DNA of 44,730 bases from Bacteroidota bacterium. Its GTDB lineage: Bacteria; Bacteroidota; Bacteroidia; 2-12-FULL-35-15. The stretch covers positions 1 through 44,730 of the forward strand of contig CANCPZ010000002.1 in the NCBI GenBank assembly GCA_947380175.1, in the 5' to 3' direction. Positions 1-7,548 of this stretch are shown here, in pieces. Both the position numbers and the translations under genes were made by a program. Position 1 is the stretch's first letter, and each line of letters begins with the position of its first letter. A model generated the notes under the pieces. The model searched no databases and was not told the DNA's origin. It saw only the letters and a program-made list of their open reading frames with translations.

Positions 1-1
1 C

Positions 2-541
2 ATACTTGAAAAAGCAGAGGATTATGCAACTCAACTAGATAAAGATAATTTACTATATTATGAAACAGGTTACAATTTATGTAAAAGAGTAATAAATATC
101 CCTACTAGTTATGCTTTATCAGCAGAGGCTGGTGCTTGGGTTGCAGGTATAGCGGGTGCGTTTGAACAAAATAAATATAAACAACAAGATGCTATTGATG
201 CAAGACGTAAAGCTCTATCAAGAAAAGAGGAAATAAATAAAGCATCCAAACTTGTAGTAGAACTTGAAAAAAAATATATTGAAAATATTAAAAAAATTAA
301 TCCCGCGTTTATCGAGAAAGCTGAAATACAATCCACAAAAAAAATCAATCCGTATAGAGTTAATAGAAATAGGAGCATTTTAGGTGCATTTATTGGTTTT
401 ACCATATTTACTAACATTGGATTAAATATATTAGATCCAAAACAATGGTCATTTCCTTTAATTTGGCCTATAATAGGAATTGTCATAGGTTATTTTACAG
501 TCAAAATATTCTGGAAGTATGATGTAACAAAAAACAAATAA
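2..541 (+). CDS. Hypothetical protein, C-terminal part (5' end lies left of the window). Charged helical segment followed by hydrophobic C-terminal helices.
   Basis: Frame 2 is open from the window edge to TAA at 539-541. My own codon-by-codon translation reads ILEKAEDYATQLDKDNLLYYETGYNLCKRVINIPTSYALSAEAGAWVAGIAGAFEQNKYKQQDAIDARRKALSRKEEINK...SILGAFIGFTIFTNIGLNILDPKQWSFPLIWPIIGIVIGYFTVKIFWKYDVTKNK*. It is absent from the ORF track because it has no start codon in the window. 179 stop-free codons is long for this AT-rich DNA. No family recognised. Confidence 0.5.
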   Translation: MLEKAEDYATQLDKDNLLYYETGYNLCKRVINIPTSYALSAEAGAWVAGIAGAFEQNKYKQQDAIDARRKALSRKEEINKASKLVVELEKKYIENIKKINPAFIEKAEIQSTKKINPYRVNRNRSILGAFIGFTIFTNIGLNILDPKQWSFPLIWPIIGIVIGYFTVKIFWKYDVTKNK

Positions 542-595
542 AAATAGCAACAAAACATTTTATGATTTATTTTTAATAAAAACAACATATACAAA

Positions 596-943
596 ATGAA
601 TTCAAAACTTTTATTTAGTCTCCTTTTAGCCATAATAATTTCGGTTTCGGTTATAAGTATAATCGAAACCAATTGGTCAATATTTCAATTCGTTATTGGT
701 TTGATTGTTTTTTTATTACCATTTATGTTTATATCATCATTTAAAAACACCTTAGGGGTATTTATTTTAACTGTTTTAATACTTTTGTTTATCTATTTCA
801 GTTTAAAATACTATTATTACGGAATAATTTTAGGCGCAATTAATGGGATAACAATTGGTTTTTTTATTAGCTTTTTTAAAACAAGTAAAGCGTCTGTAAT
901 AAATATTAAAGAGTTGAAAAAAGATTATATCAAAAACAGATGA
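596..943 (+). CDS. Small integral membrane protein (3-4 predicted TM helices), unknown function
   Basis: 115-aa ORF with an ATG start, almost entirely hydrophobic helices (LLAIIISVSVISII, FVIGLIVFLLPFMFI, VFILTVLILLFIYF, IILGAINGITIGFFISFF) and a basic tail. Its TGA stop overlaps the next gene's ATG (ATGA at 940-943), implying translational coupling. Confidence 0.5.
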   Translation: MNSKLLFSLLLAIIISVSVISIIETNWSIFQFVIGLIVFLLPFMFISSFKNTLGVFILTVLILLFIYFSLKYYYYGIILGAINGITIGFFISFFKTSKASVINIKELKKDYIKNR

Positions 944-1350
944 AGCATTTTATATTATTACTTATTTTTTTTGCCAGCATTACATACGTGCATGCGCAAA
1001 ACCTTCAATCGGAAAGCCATAGCACCATTGGGTATATAAAAGCGGATGGCACAATTCAAGGTAGCAGCCATTCTACATTAGGCTACATTAAAAACGATGG
1101 TACAATTCAAAATGCCAGCCACAGCACCGTTGGGTATATAAAAAGTGATGGTACGTTTCAAAACAGCAGTCATTCAACATCGGGCTATTTAAAAAACGAT
1201 GGCACTGTTCAAAATAGTAGTCATAGCACAATTGGCTACATCAAAGATGATGGAACAATCCAAAATGAAAGTCATAGTACCATTGGGTATGCAAAAGGGG
1301 TAAAAAAAGAATGGGCTGCAGTTACATTTTTCTTTTTTAAGTTTGAATAA
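940..1350 (+). CDS. Secreted tandem-repeat protein (17-aa repeats), unknown function
   Basis: 136 aa. Signal peptide MKHFILLLIFFASITYVHA/QN, then 5 full and 1 partial copy of x-S-H-S-T-[ILVS]-G-Y-[IL]-K-x-D-G-T-[IFV]-Q-[NG], and a short hydrophobic tail (EWAAVTFFFFKFE). Confidence 0.75.
   Translation: MKHFILLLIFFASITYVHAQNLQSESHSTIGYIKADGTIQGSSHSTLGYIKNDGTIQNASHSTVGYIKSDGTFQNSSHSTSGYLKNDGTVQNSSHSTIGYIKDDGTIQNESHSTIGYAKGVKKEWAAVTFFFFKFE
1012..1299 (+). repeat. In-frame 51-bp (17-codon) tandem repeat, 5 full copies plus 1 truncated copy
   Basis: Copies start at 1012, 1063, 1114, 1165 and 1216; the truncated copy is 1267-1299. The peptide motif is conserved while the codons differ between copies (Ser agc/agt/tct/tca, His cat/cac, Gly ggg/ggc/ggt/gga, Tyr tat/tac). 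Confidence 0.9.
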
Positions 1351-1404
1351 ATCGTTTTACAGATTTTGTTAAGAACGAAGTTTAAAATCCAAATAATTAC
1401 CTAG

Positions 1405-2037
1405 TTATATAACAGGCAAATAAACAACCTTCTTGGTTTCAAAAAACTCTTCGTTAAAATGTTCTTTTAAATCGGTAAAAACAACACGCTTTTTAAAATC
1501 TTTAAACTCTTCTGAAAGGTCGCCGCCTTTTAAATATAAAATTCCGTTTGGTAAGTTATTAAATTGGTTTTTGCTAAATTTATTTTGAAGCCATTTATAA
1601 AAAACAGGAAATTCGGTAACGGCACGGCTAACAACAAATTCGAATTTATCTTTTACTTCCTCTGCTCGAATGTGGTCGGCTCTAAGATTAGTTAAACCAA
1701 GGGCTTGCGCAACTTCATTAACCACTTTTATTTTTTTACCGATAGAATCAACCAAATAAAAATTACATTCAGGAAAAAGAATAGCCAATGGAATGCCCGG
1801 AAATCCTCCACCACAACCAACATCAAGAATTTTTGTTTTAGGTTTAAAATCCATCACCTTTGAAATCCCCAAAGAATGTAATACGTGACGCTCATATAAC
1901 AAATCAATATCCTTGCGTGAAATTACATTTATTTGAGCATTCCAATGTTCGTACAATCCTTGTAATTGAGCAAACTGATTTTGTTGAACAGCAGTAATTG
2001 AAGGGAAATACTTTAGAATGATTGAAATATCTGACAT
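1405..2037 (-). CDS. rsmG: 16S rRNA (guanine527-N7)-methyltransferase RsmG (GidB)
   Basis: 210 aa. SAM-binding motif ILDVGCGGGFPGIPLAILFP, with the length and layout typical of RsmG. Confidence 0.9.
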   Translation of the reverse strand: MSDISIILKYFPSITAVQQNQFAQLQGLYEHWNAQINVISRKDIDLLYERHVLHSLGISKVMDFKPKTKILDVGCGGGFPGIPLAILFPECNFYLVDSIGKKIKVVNEVAQALGLTNLRADHIRAEEVKDKFEFVVSRAVTEFPVFYKWLQNKFSKNQFNNLPNGILYLKGGDLSEEFKDFKKRVVFTDLKEHFNEEFFETKKVVYLPVI

Positions 2038-2104
2038 AAATAAATTAAATATATTTTACTAATTACGCTAATTTATCCCTCCATCCAACTTAAAAGGCGA
2101 ACTA

Positions 2105-2719
2105 CTATTTTTCTTCCGATTTTTTTAAAATATTTGCAAGAAACTCACGCGCACGAAATAGCTGTGCTTTTACTGTACCCAAAGGCAATTGTAGCTTTTC
2201 TGCAATTTCTTCATACGATAACTCCTCAAAATAACGCATTTCAACTAATTCACGATACCTCGGTTTAAGCTTCAAAACAATATCATGCATCAGTTTAACT
2301 TTTTGCTTCTGCACCATATGCTCTTCCGGATTTAAACCTTCGGCTTTCAAATCCATACTCATCTCACCTCCTTCACTATTTTCAAAGGTTCTATCGATAG
2401 ATAAAGTAACCATCTTTTTTCTTCGTATAAAATCGATACAATTATTTGTAGCAATTTTAAACAACCAAGTGCTAAATGCAAATGATGGGGTGTATTGATG
2501 TAAACGTTTAAATGCCTTACCAAATGCTTCAATGGTTAAATCATCGGCATCATCCTTATTATTAACCATTCTTAATAACATAAAATAAACAGAATCGCGA
2601 TAACGCCCCATCAATTCAGCATACGCTTTTTGATCGCCATTATCCAAAGCAGCACGAATTAAATTATAATCGTAAACCGCTTTTGTAGAAAGATTGGAGT
2701 CTGATTCTAATTCTGACAT
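2105..2719 (-). CDS. ECF-type RNA polymerase sigma-70 family factor
   Basis: 204 aa. Region 2 (DDLTIEAFGKAFKRL...FSTWLFKIATNNCIDFIRRKK) and region 4 HTH (LSYEEIAEKLQLPLGTVKAQLFRAREFL). Starts 4 nt after the stop of the upstream GT2 gene. Confidence 0.9.
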   Translation of the reverse strand: MSELESDSNLSTKAVYDYNLIRAALDNGDQKAYAELMGRYRDSVYFMLLRMVNNKDDADDLTIEAFGKAFKRLHQYTPSFAFSTWLFKIATNNCIDFIRRKKMVTLSIDRTFENSEGGEMSMDLKAEGLNPEEHMVQKQKVKLMHDIVLKLKPRYRELVEMRYFEELSYEEIAEKLQLPLGTVKAQLFRAREFLANILKKSEEK

Positions 2720-2723
2720 TTAA

Positions 2724-3857
2724 TTATTTCCACTGATTTTTTTTAACAAAAATGTTAGAAATGGTTATTAGTGGGTATAAAACCATTAGCATCAATTCAA
2801 TTATTGGTACTAAAAATAATAAATCTTTTTCGACTAGCAATTTCATTGATTTATTAAATATAACAATTTGCACCAATAATCTCAGAGCAAAAAGTGATAA
2901 AACAATTATTGGGGCAAATTGAATTATAAGTAAGGTAATAAAAAACAAGTAAAAAAAGTACTGACTCATACTCAATATTAGTAAACGTATTTTACTTGCC
3001 GAATTATATTGTTTAAAAGTTGTTAAGTGCCTGCTTTTTTGGCGAAACCAGTCTTTATACGTTTTTTTTACTCTGGAAATAGTTATACTATCAATGCTTA
3101 CTTCTATTTTAGAATTTTGTTTTGTAGCTGCCTCGTTTACAAACAAATCATCATCACCAGAATCGATGTGATAATGCGATGCAAACCCTTTCACTTTAAA
3201 AAACAACGATTTTTTGTAGGCTAAATTGCGCCCTATTCCCATATACGTTTTGCCAGCCAATGAAAATGAAAGATATTGCAAGGCAATCATAAATGTATCG
3301 AAACGAATAATTTTATTTAAAAACCCTTTTTGTTTTTCGTAAGCGCCATAACCAAGCACAATTTCCGTTTCATTCGTAAAATGTTGCATCATATTAAATA
3401 ACCAATCTTTACTATTTGGTTTGCAATCGGCGTCGGTTAACAACAAATGTTCGTGCGTAGCACCTTTTATTCCCATCATCAGTGCTATTTTTTTACCATG
3501 TGCGTGATTTTGAGATTCTTTAATAGTAACCACTTTTAGATTGGAATGTTTGTATTCCAGCTCCTCTAAAATATCAGCAGTATTATCAAAAGAACAATCG
3601 TTCACTACCACAACTTCAAAATCAGGATAATCCTGCGCAAATATTAATGGTAAAAATTCGATAAGGTTATCCTCCTCGTTACGAGCACAAATAATTATTG
3701 ATGCTGGTGGCGTATTAACAGTTAACTCCTTTTTTTTGTAAAAAGCAAAGCGACCGAAAAAGCCCAAGTAATAAATCAATTGAATAACAAGAGCTAAAAA
3801 AAAGAGGATAAAAATTATCAGTCCAATCGAAAAAGATGTAAAAAAAGAAAAATCCAT
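2724..3857 (-). CDS. Membrane-embedded family 2 glycosyltransferase (processive-type layout)
   Basis: GT-A motifs IIICARNEEDNL, VVVVNDCSFDNT, LLLTDADC and SGDDDLF, plus a QxxRW-like FRQKSRH. TM helices at both ends. The ORF-track start at 3911 is TTG. I prefer ATG 3857 (MDFSFFTS...) because a TATTTTTG -7 box lies at 3909-3916, inside the longer ORF. Confidence 0.8.
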   Translation of the reverse strand: MDFSFFTSFSIGLIIFILFFLALVIQLIYYLGFFGRFAFYKKKELTVNTPPASIIICARNEEDNLIEFLPLIFAQDYPDFEVVVVNDCSFDNTADILEELEYKHSNLKVVTIKESQNHAHGKKIALMMGIKGATHEHLLLTDADCKPNSKDWLFNMMQHFTNETEIVLGYGAYEKQKGFLNKIIRFDTFMIALQYLSFSLAGKTYMGIGRNLAYKKSLFFKVKGFASHYHIDSGDDDLFVNEAATKQNSKIEVSIDSITISRVKKTYKDWFRQKSRHLTTFKQYNSASKIRLLILSMSQYFFYLFFITLLIIQFAPIIVLSLFALRLLVQIVIFNKSMKLLVEKDLLFLVPIIELMLMVLYPLITISNIFVKKNQWK

Positions 3858-3908
3858 ATATAAAATTTGAAAACAAAAAAGATTAAAAGAAAAAGCAATA
3901 GCTAACAA

Positions 3909-3916
3909 CAAAAATA
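3909..3916 (-). promoter_or_regulatory. Candidate Bacteroidota -7 promoter box (TATTTTTG on the minus strand)
   Basis: Matches TAnnTTTG, with 51 nt between the motif and ATG 3857 of the GT2 gene. A second match, TACATTTG (3975-3982, minus), lies further upstream. Confidence 0.35.
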
Positions 3917-4061
3917 GATTGAACTATTCTATGGTAATGTATTATCTTTGGCAGGATTTAAACAAAGTAATTAACAAATGTAAATTACAAATTACGAATC
4001 CACACGAATATATTAATCTGCAGGTTGTATCTTCTAGAAAAACAGCAGGTTAATTAATTTG

Positions 4062-4069
4062 TAAATTTG
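4062..4069 (+). promoter_or_regulatory. Candidate -7 promoter box TAAATTTG upstream of tgt
   Basis: Matches TAnnTTTG, 14 nt before ATG 4084. Confidence 0.35.
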
Positions 4070-4083
4070 TATTTAGAGTAACT

Positions 4084-5214
4084 ATGAAATTTAGCATTTC
4101 CCATTCTGATAAAAAAAGTAAAGCGCGCGCAGGAGAAATTACCACCGATCACGGCACCATACAAACCCCTATTTTTATGCCTGTTGGTACTGCAGGTACA
4201 GTAAAAGCTGTTCATCAACGGGAATTAAAAGATGATATTAAAGCTCAAATAATTTTAGGAAATACCTATCATTTATATTTACGACCAGGACTCGAAGTAA
4301 TTGAAAAAGCGGGAGGGTTACATAAATTTAATGGTTGGGATAAACCAATATTAACGGATAGCGGAGGTTATCAGGTATACTCTTTATCCAATCAACGAAA
4401 ACTTACCGAACAAGGTGCAAAATTTACTTCTCACATCGATGGAAGTAAACATTTTTTTAGTCCTGAAGGAGTTATGGATATTCAGCGAACCATTGGTGCT
4501 GATATTATTATGGCTTTTGATGAATGCACGCCTTATCCCTGCGATTACAACTACGCAAAAAAATCATTGGATATGACTCATCGTTGGCTAAAAAGATGTT
4601 GTAATCGATTTGATGAAACTGAAAATAAATACGGTTTTTCTCAAACACTTTTCCCAATCGTTCAAGGAAGTGTTTATAAAGATTTAAGAGAAAAATCGGC
4701 TGAATTTATAGCAGCTCAAAATCGCGAAGGCAATGCCATTGGAGGATTATCGGTTGGTGAACCTGCAGAGGAAATGTATGCAATGACTGAAGTAGTGTGT
4801 TCTATTTTACCAGTCGATAAACCCCGTTACCTAATGGGTGTTGGAACACCTATTAATATTTTGGAAAATATTGCATTAGGAATTGATATGTTTGATTGTG
4901 TTATGCCAACCCGAAATGCCCGTCACGGTTTGCTTTTTACTCAAAACGGAATAATGAATATAAAAAACGAGAAATGGAAAAAAGATTTTTCGCCATTAGA
5001 TGAAAACGGTACAGCTTATGTTGATCAGGTTTATTCAAAAGCGTACTTAAGGCATTTAGTGCATTCCAATGAACTATTAGGTGCGCAAATTGCAAGTATT
5101 CATAATTTAGCATTTTATTTGTGGTTAGTTACCGAAGCGCGTAACAAAATTATTGAAGGCACTTTTATGGAATGGAAAACTAAAATGGTAAATCAACTAG
5201 GAAATAGATTATAA
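4084..5214 (+). CDS. tgt: Queuine tRNA-ribosyltransferase (tRNA-guanine transglycosylase)
   Basis: 376 aa. ARAGEITTDHGTIQTPIFMPVGT, LTDSGGYQV, MAFDECTP, GGLSVGE and CVMPTRNARHG are all characteristic Tgt motifs. Confidence 0.95.
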   Translation: MKFSISHSDKKSKARAGEITTDHGTIQTPIFMPVGTAGTVKAVHQRELKDDIKAQIILGNTYHLYLRPGLEVIEKAGGLHKFNGWDKPILTDSGGYQVYSLSNQRKLTEQGAKFTSHIDGSKHFFSPEGVMDIQRTIGADIIMAFDECTPYPCDYNYAKKSLDMTHRWLKRCCNRFDETENKYGFSQTLFPIVQGSVYKDLREKSAEFIAAQNREGNAIGGLSVGEPAEEMYAMTEVVCSILPVDKPRYLMGVGTPINILENIALGIDMFDCVMPTRNARHGLLFTQNGIMNIKNEKWKKDFSPLDENGTAYVDQVYSKAYLRHLVHSNELLGAQIASIHNLAFYLWLVTEARNKIIEGTFMEWKTKMVNQLGNRL

Positions 5215-5278
5215 ATCGATGAGTATTGATTAGGTTATATTTTAAAAAATCTATCAATATATCACCATTTTAAAACGA

Positions 5279-6355
5279 ATGAAACTAATAGACAAATACA
5301 TAATCAAAAAATTCCTGGGAACTTTTTTTTTCTCAATGGCATTGATTATTTTAATTGTTGTTGTATTCGACATTTCAGAAAAAATTGACGATTTTATTGA
5401 CAAGCAAGCACCATTAAAGGCAATTATTTTTGATTTTTATTTCAATTTTATCCCCTATTTTGTAAACTTATTCAGTCCGCTTTTTACATTTATTGCCGTC
5501 ATATTTTTTACTTCTAAAATGGCCACAAGAACTGAAATTGTTGCCATTTTAAGCAGCGGCATCAGTTACAGAAGACTATTATTTCCTTATATGCTATCTG
5601 CTACTATAATCGCAATTTTATCACTCTATTTAAACAATTTTGTGATTCCTAATGCAACAAAAAAACGTATTGCTTTTGAAGACAAATATGTACGAAACGA
5701 ATTTCACAACAGCTCAAAAAACATACATTTACAAACATCTCCCGGAAGCTATGTATATATGGAAAGGTTTAGTACTGAAGAAAACACTGGATACAAATTT
5801 TCGATTGAAAAATTTAAAGATGGGAAATTATATTATAAATTAATTTCTGAAAACATTAAATGGGATAGCTTAAAATCAAGGTGGACGATTAACAACTATT
5901 ATATTCGCTTCATCAATGAGATGGATGAGTTCATAAAAAAAGGTACTAAGTTAGATACAACTTTATCTTTTACTTCAAAGGAATTTGGCCGCAAAGACAA
6001 TACAATTGAAACGAAAGATTTTTACGAATTAAACAGGTATATTGATTCGGAACGATTGAAAGGGGCTGATAATATTGAATTGTATGAAATTGAAAAATAC
6101 AGAAGAATTGCATTTCCTTTTGCAACCTTTATACTAACATTAATAGGCGTTTCTTTAGCTAGTCGTAAAGTACGTGGTGGAGTTGGAATGCATATAGGAC
6201 TAGGGATTTTAATAAGCTTTACCTTTATTATGTTTATGCAAATAACAACTACATTTGCTGCCAGTGGATTGGTTTCTCCACTTGTAGCTGTTTGGATTCC
6301 GAATTTCCTATTTAGTATTTTGGCTATTTATTTATTGAAGATTGCACAGAAGTAA
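5279..6355 (+). CDS. LptF/LptG (YjgP/YjgQ) family LPS export permease
   Basis: 358 aa. The N-terminus MKLIDKYIIKKFLGTFFF is typical of the family. Three N-terminal TM helices, a soluble middle domain and three C-terminal TM helices. Confidence 0.85.
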   Translation: MKLIDKYIIKKFLGTFFFSMALIILIVVVFDISEKIDDFIDKQAPLKAIIFDFYFNFIPYFVNLFSPLFTFIAVIFFTSKMATRTEIVAILSSGISYRRLLFPYMLSATIIAILSLYLNNFVIPNATKKRIAFEDKYVRNEFHNSSKNIHLQTSPGSYVYMERFSTEENTGYKFSIEKFKDGKLYYKLISENIKWDSLKSRWTINNYYIRFINEMDEFIKKGTKLDTTLSFTSKEFGRKDNTIETKDFYELNRYIDSERLKGADNIELYEIEKYRRIAFPFATFILTLIGVSLASRKVRGGVGMHIGLGILISFTFIMFMQITTTFAASGLVSPLVAVWIPNFLFSILAIYLLKIAQK

Positions 6356-6430
6356 GCTTCTAGTTTCACTCATTCATAATGGTTAACCATAGGATAAAAA
6401 ATATTTTTTAACGAAATAAAAAAAGCATAA

Positions 6431-6464
6431 AAAAATCCTCTTGAAGATAATCAAGAGGATTTTT
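6431..6464. terminator. Bidirectional rho-independent terminator between convergent genes
   Basis: Perfect inverted repeat aaaaatcctcttga / tcaagaggattttt with a 6-nt loop (agataa). An A-run sits on one side and a T-run on the other, so it works for both strands. Confidence 0.7.
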
Positions 6465-6483
6465 TTATAATTTGATTTTAAAA

Positions 6484-6969
6484 TTAGGACATATGTTTTA
6501 GGTTTACACCATATAGAATGATGAATAAAATAGCAAAAATAATTCCTACTGTTGCCATAATTCCGCCAACTAAACCTAAACCCAATGCTAAAGGTAATAA
6601 AGGTTGAATTAACTCAAAAACACAATAAACATAGAAACCCATTTTCTTTTGTTTCCACATCAATAGCACACCAATTAAAATTGGAATATTAAGTAATGCT
6701 TGAATTAAGGCTGAAGTAGCCATTTTTCCATAATCCATACCTAACATACTTGCCATCGAATTCATAGCTTCCCCCATTTGTTCTCCTCCTTCAGTAACAC
6801 CCATACCTTGAAAAAGATCGCCAGTTGTAGCTAAAGTAGAATACGTAAAATAATTCATAATACCTCCAATTAAACTAAATGCGATTCCAACAAATGAAAG
6901 AATGCATAATACAGTGATAAATTGAGGTCTTTTTGCCGGCATAATAGCCTCTGTGTTTGCTTGGTCCAT
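6484..6969 (-). CDS. Hypothetical 4-TM membrane protein (paralog of 7106-7546)
   Basis: 161 aa. Shares KRPxxxTVLCILxF, LLMWxxKKxGxxxY and a C-terminal LYGxNLKxM with the neighbouring ORF. No family recognised. Confidence 0.6.
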   Translation of the reverse strand: MDQANTEAIMPAKRPQFITVLCILSFVGIAFSLIGGIMNYFTYSTLATTGDLFQGMGVTEGGEQMGEAMNSMASMLGMDYGKMATSALIQALLNIPILIGVLLMWKQKKMGFYVYCVFELIQPLLPLALGLGLVGGIMATVGIIFAILFIILYGVNLKHMS

Positions 6970-7105
6970 AATTTTGTTTTTAAGTTTATAAATAAAGGTT
7001 TATTAGTATTTCGCTAAGAAACAATATTTTAAATATGATTTAACAAATTGACAATAAATTTTATTAACAACACGTATTAAATTCTGAAATGATCTTCTCA
7101 AAAAA

Positions 7106-7546
7106 TCATTTCATCAGCTTTAAATTGCTTGCGTATAAAGCAATAAAAAAGGATGTGAACATGATACTTACCCAACTAATTGAAATACCAAGCATCAGTG
7201 TTGGAACAAAAAGTAATCCTAAGTTTGCTATTGCATAAAAATGAATTCCTTTTTTATTTAAGTTCCACATTAAAATAGCTCCAGTTAATGAGCCTGCCAT
7301 TAGCACAAGCGTTACCATATAATAGCCCCACCCAGCCTGCAGCAATAACAATGATTCATCTTTCATGGCCTGATCCATAGTTGGCGTGGTTTTCAAAAAA
7401 TCGACTATCAAATCAGATAAAAGAGGTGTTACAACAGATGAAACAATACCCATACCAGCAGAGATAAAAGTTAAAATGCATAACACAGTTAGTATTACAG
7501 GTCGCTTTGGCGATTTTTCTTCAGACGACATTTCTAATTCTTCCAT
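7106..7546 (-). CDS. Hypothetical 4-TM membrane protein (paralog of 6484-6969)
   Basis: 146 aa. KRPVILTVLCILTF, ILMWNLNKKGIHFY and LYASNLKLMK. Starts 2 nt after the stop of the M61 peptidase gene. Confidence 0.6.
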   Translation of the reverse strand: MEELEMSSEEKSPKRPVILTVLCILTFISAGMGIVSSVVTPLLSDLIVDFLKTTPTMDQAMKDESLLLLQAGWGYYMVTLVLMAGSLTGAILMWNLNKKGIHFYAIANLGLLFVPTLMLGISISWVSIMFTSFFIALYASNLKLMK

Positions 7547-7548
7547 TT

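Noticed and set aside
109-486. 125-aa minus-strand ORF from the track
   Set aside because: It lies entirely antisense within a longer stop-free plus-strand frame (2-541) that encodes a plausible protein. Its own translation is low-complexity (SSSTTSLDALFISSFLDRALRLASIASCC...) with no start context. I treat it as a shadow ORF.
490-672. 60-aa minus-strand ORF
   Set aside because: It overlaps the 3' end of the edge CDS and the 5' end of ORF 596-943 on the opposite strand. It spans an intergenic promoter-like AT tract and shows no recognisable features.
6379-6390. Perfect 12-bp palindrome ATGGTTAACCAT downstream of the LptF/G gene
   Set aside because: With this base composition, roughly two dozen 12-bp perfect palindromes are expected by chance in 45 kb (rough estimate). 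It has no second copy and no obvious regulatory position.
7086-7112. Hairpin gaaatgat-N11-atcatttc overlapping the stop of ORF 7106-7546
   Set aside because: The stem is only 8 bp and AT-rich, the loop is 11 nt, and no U-run follows on the minus strand. This is not convincing as a terminator.
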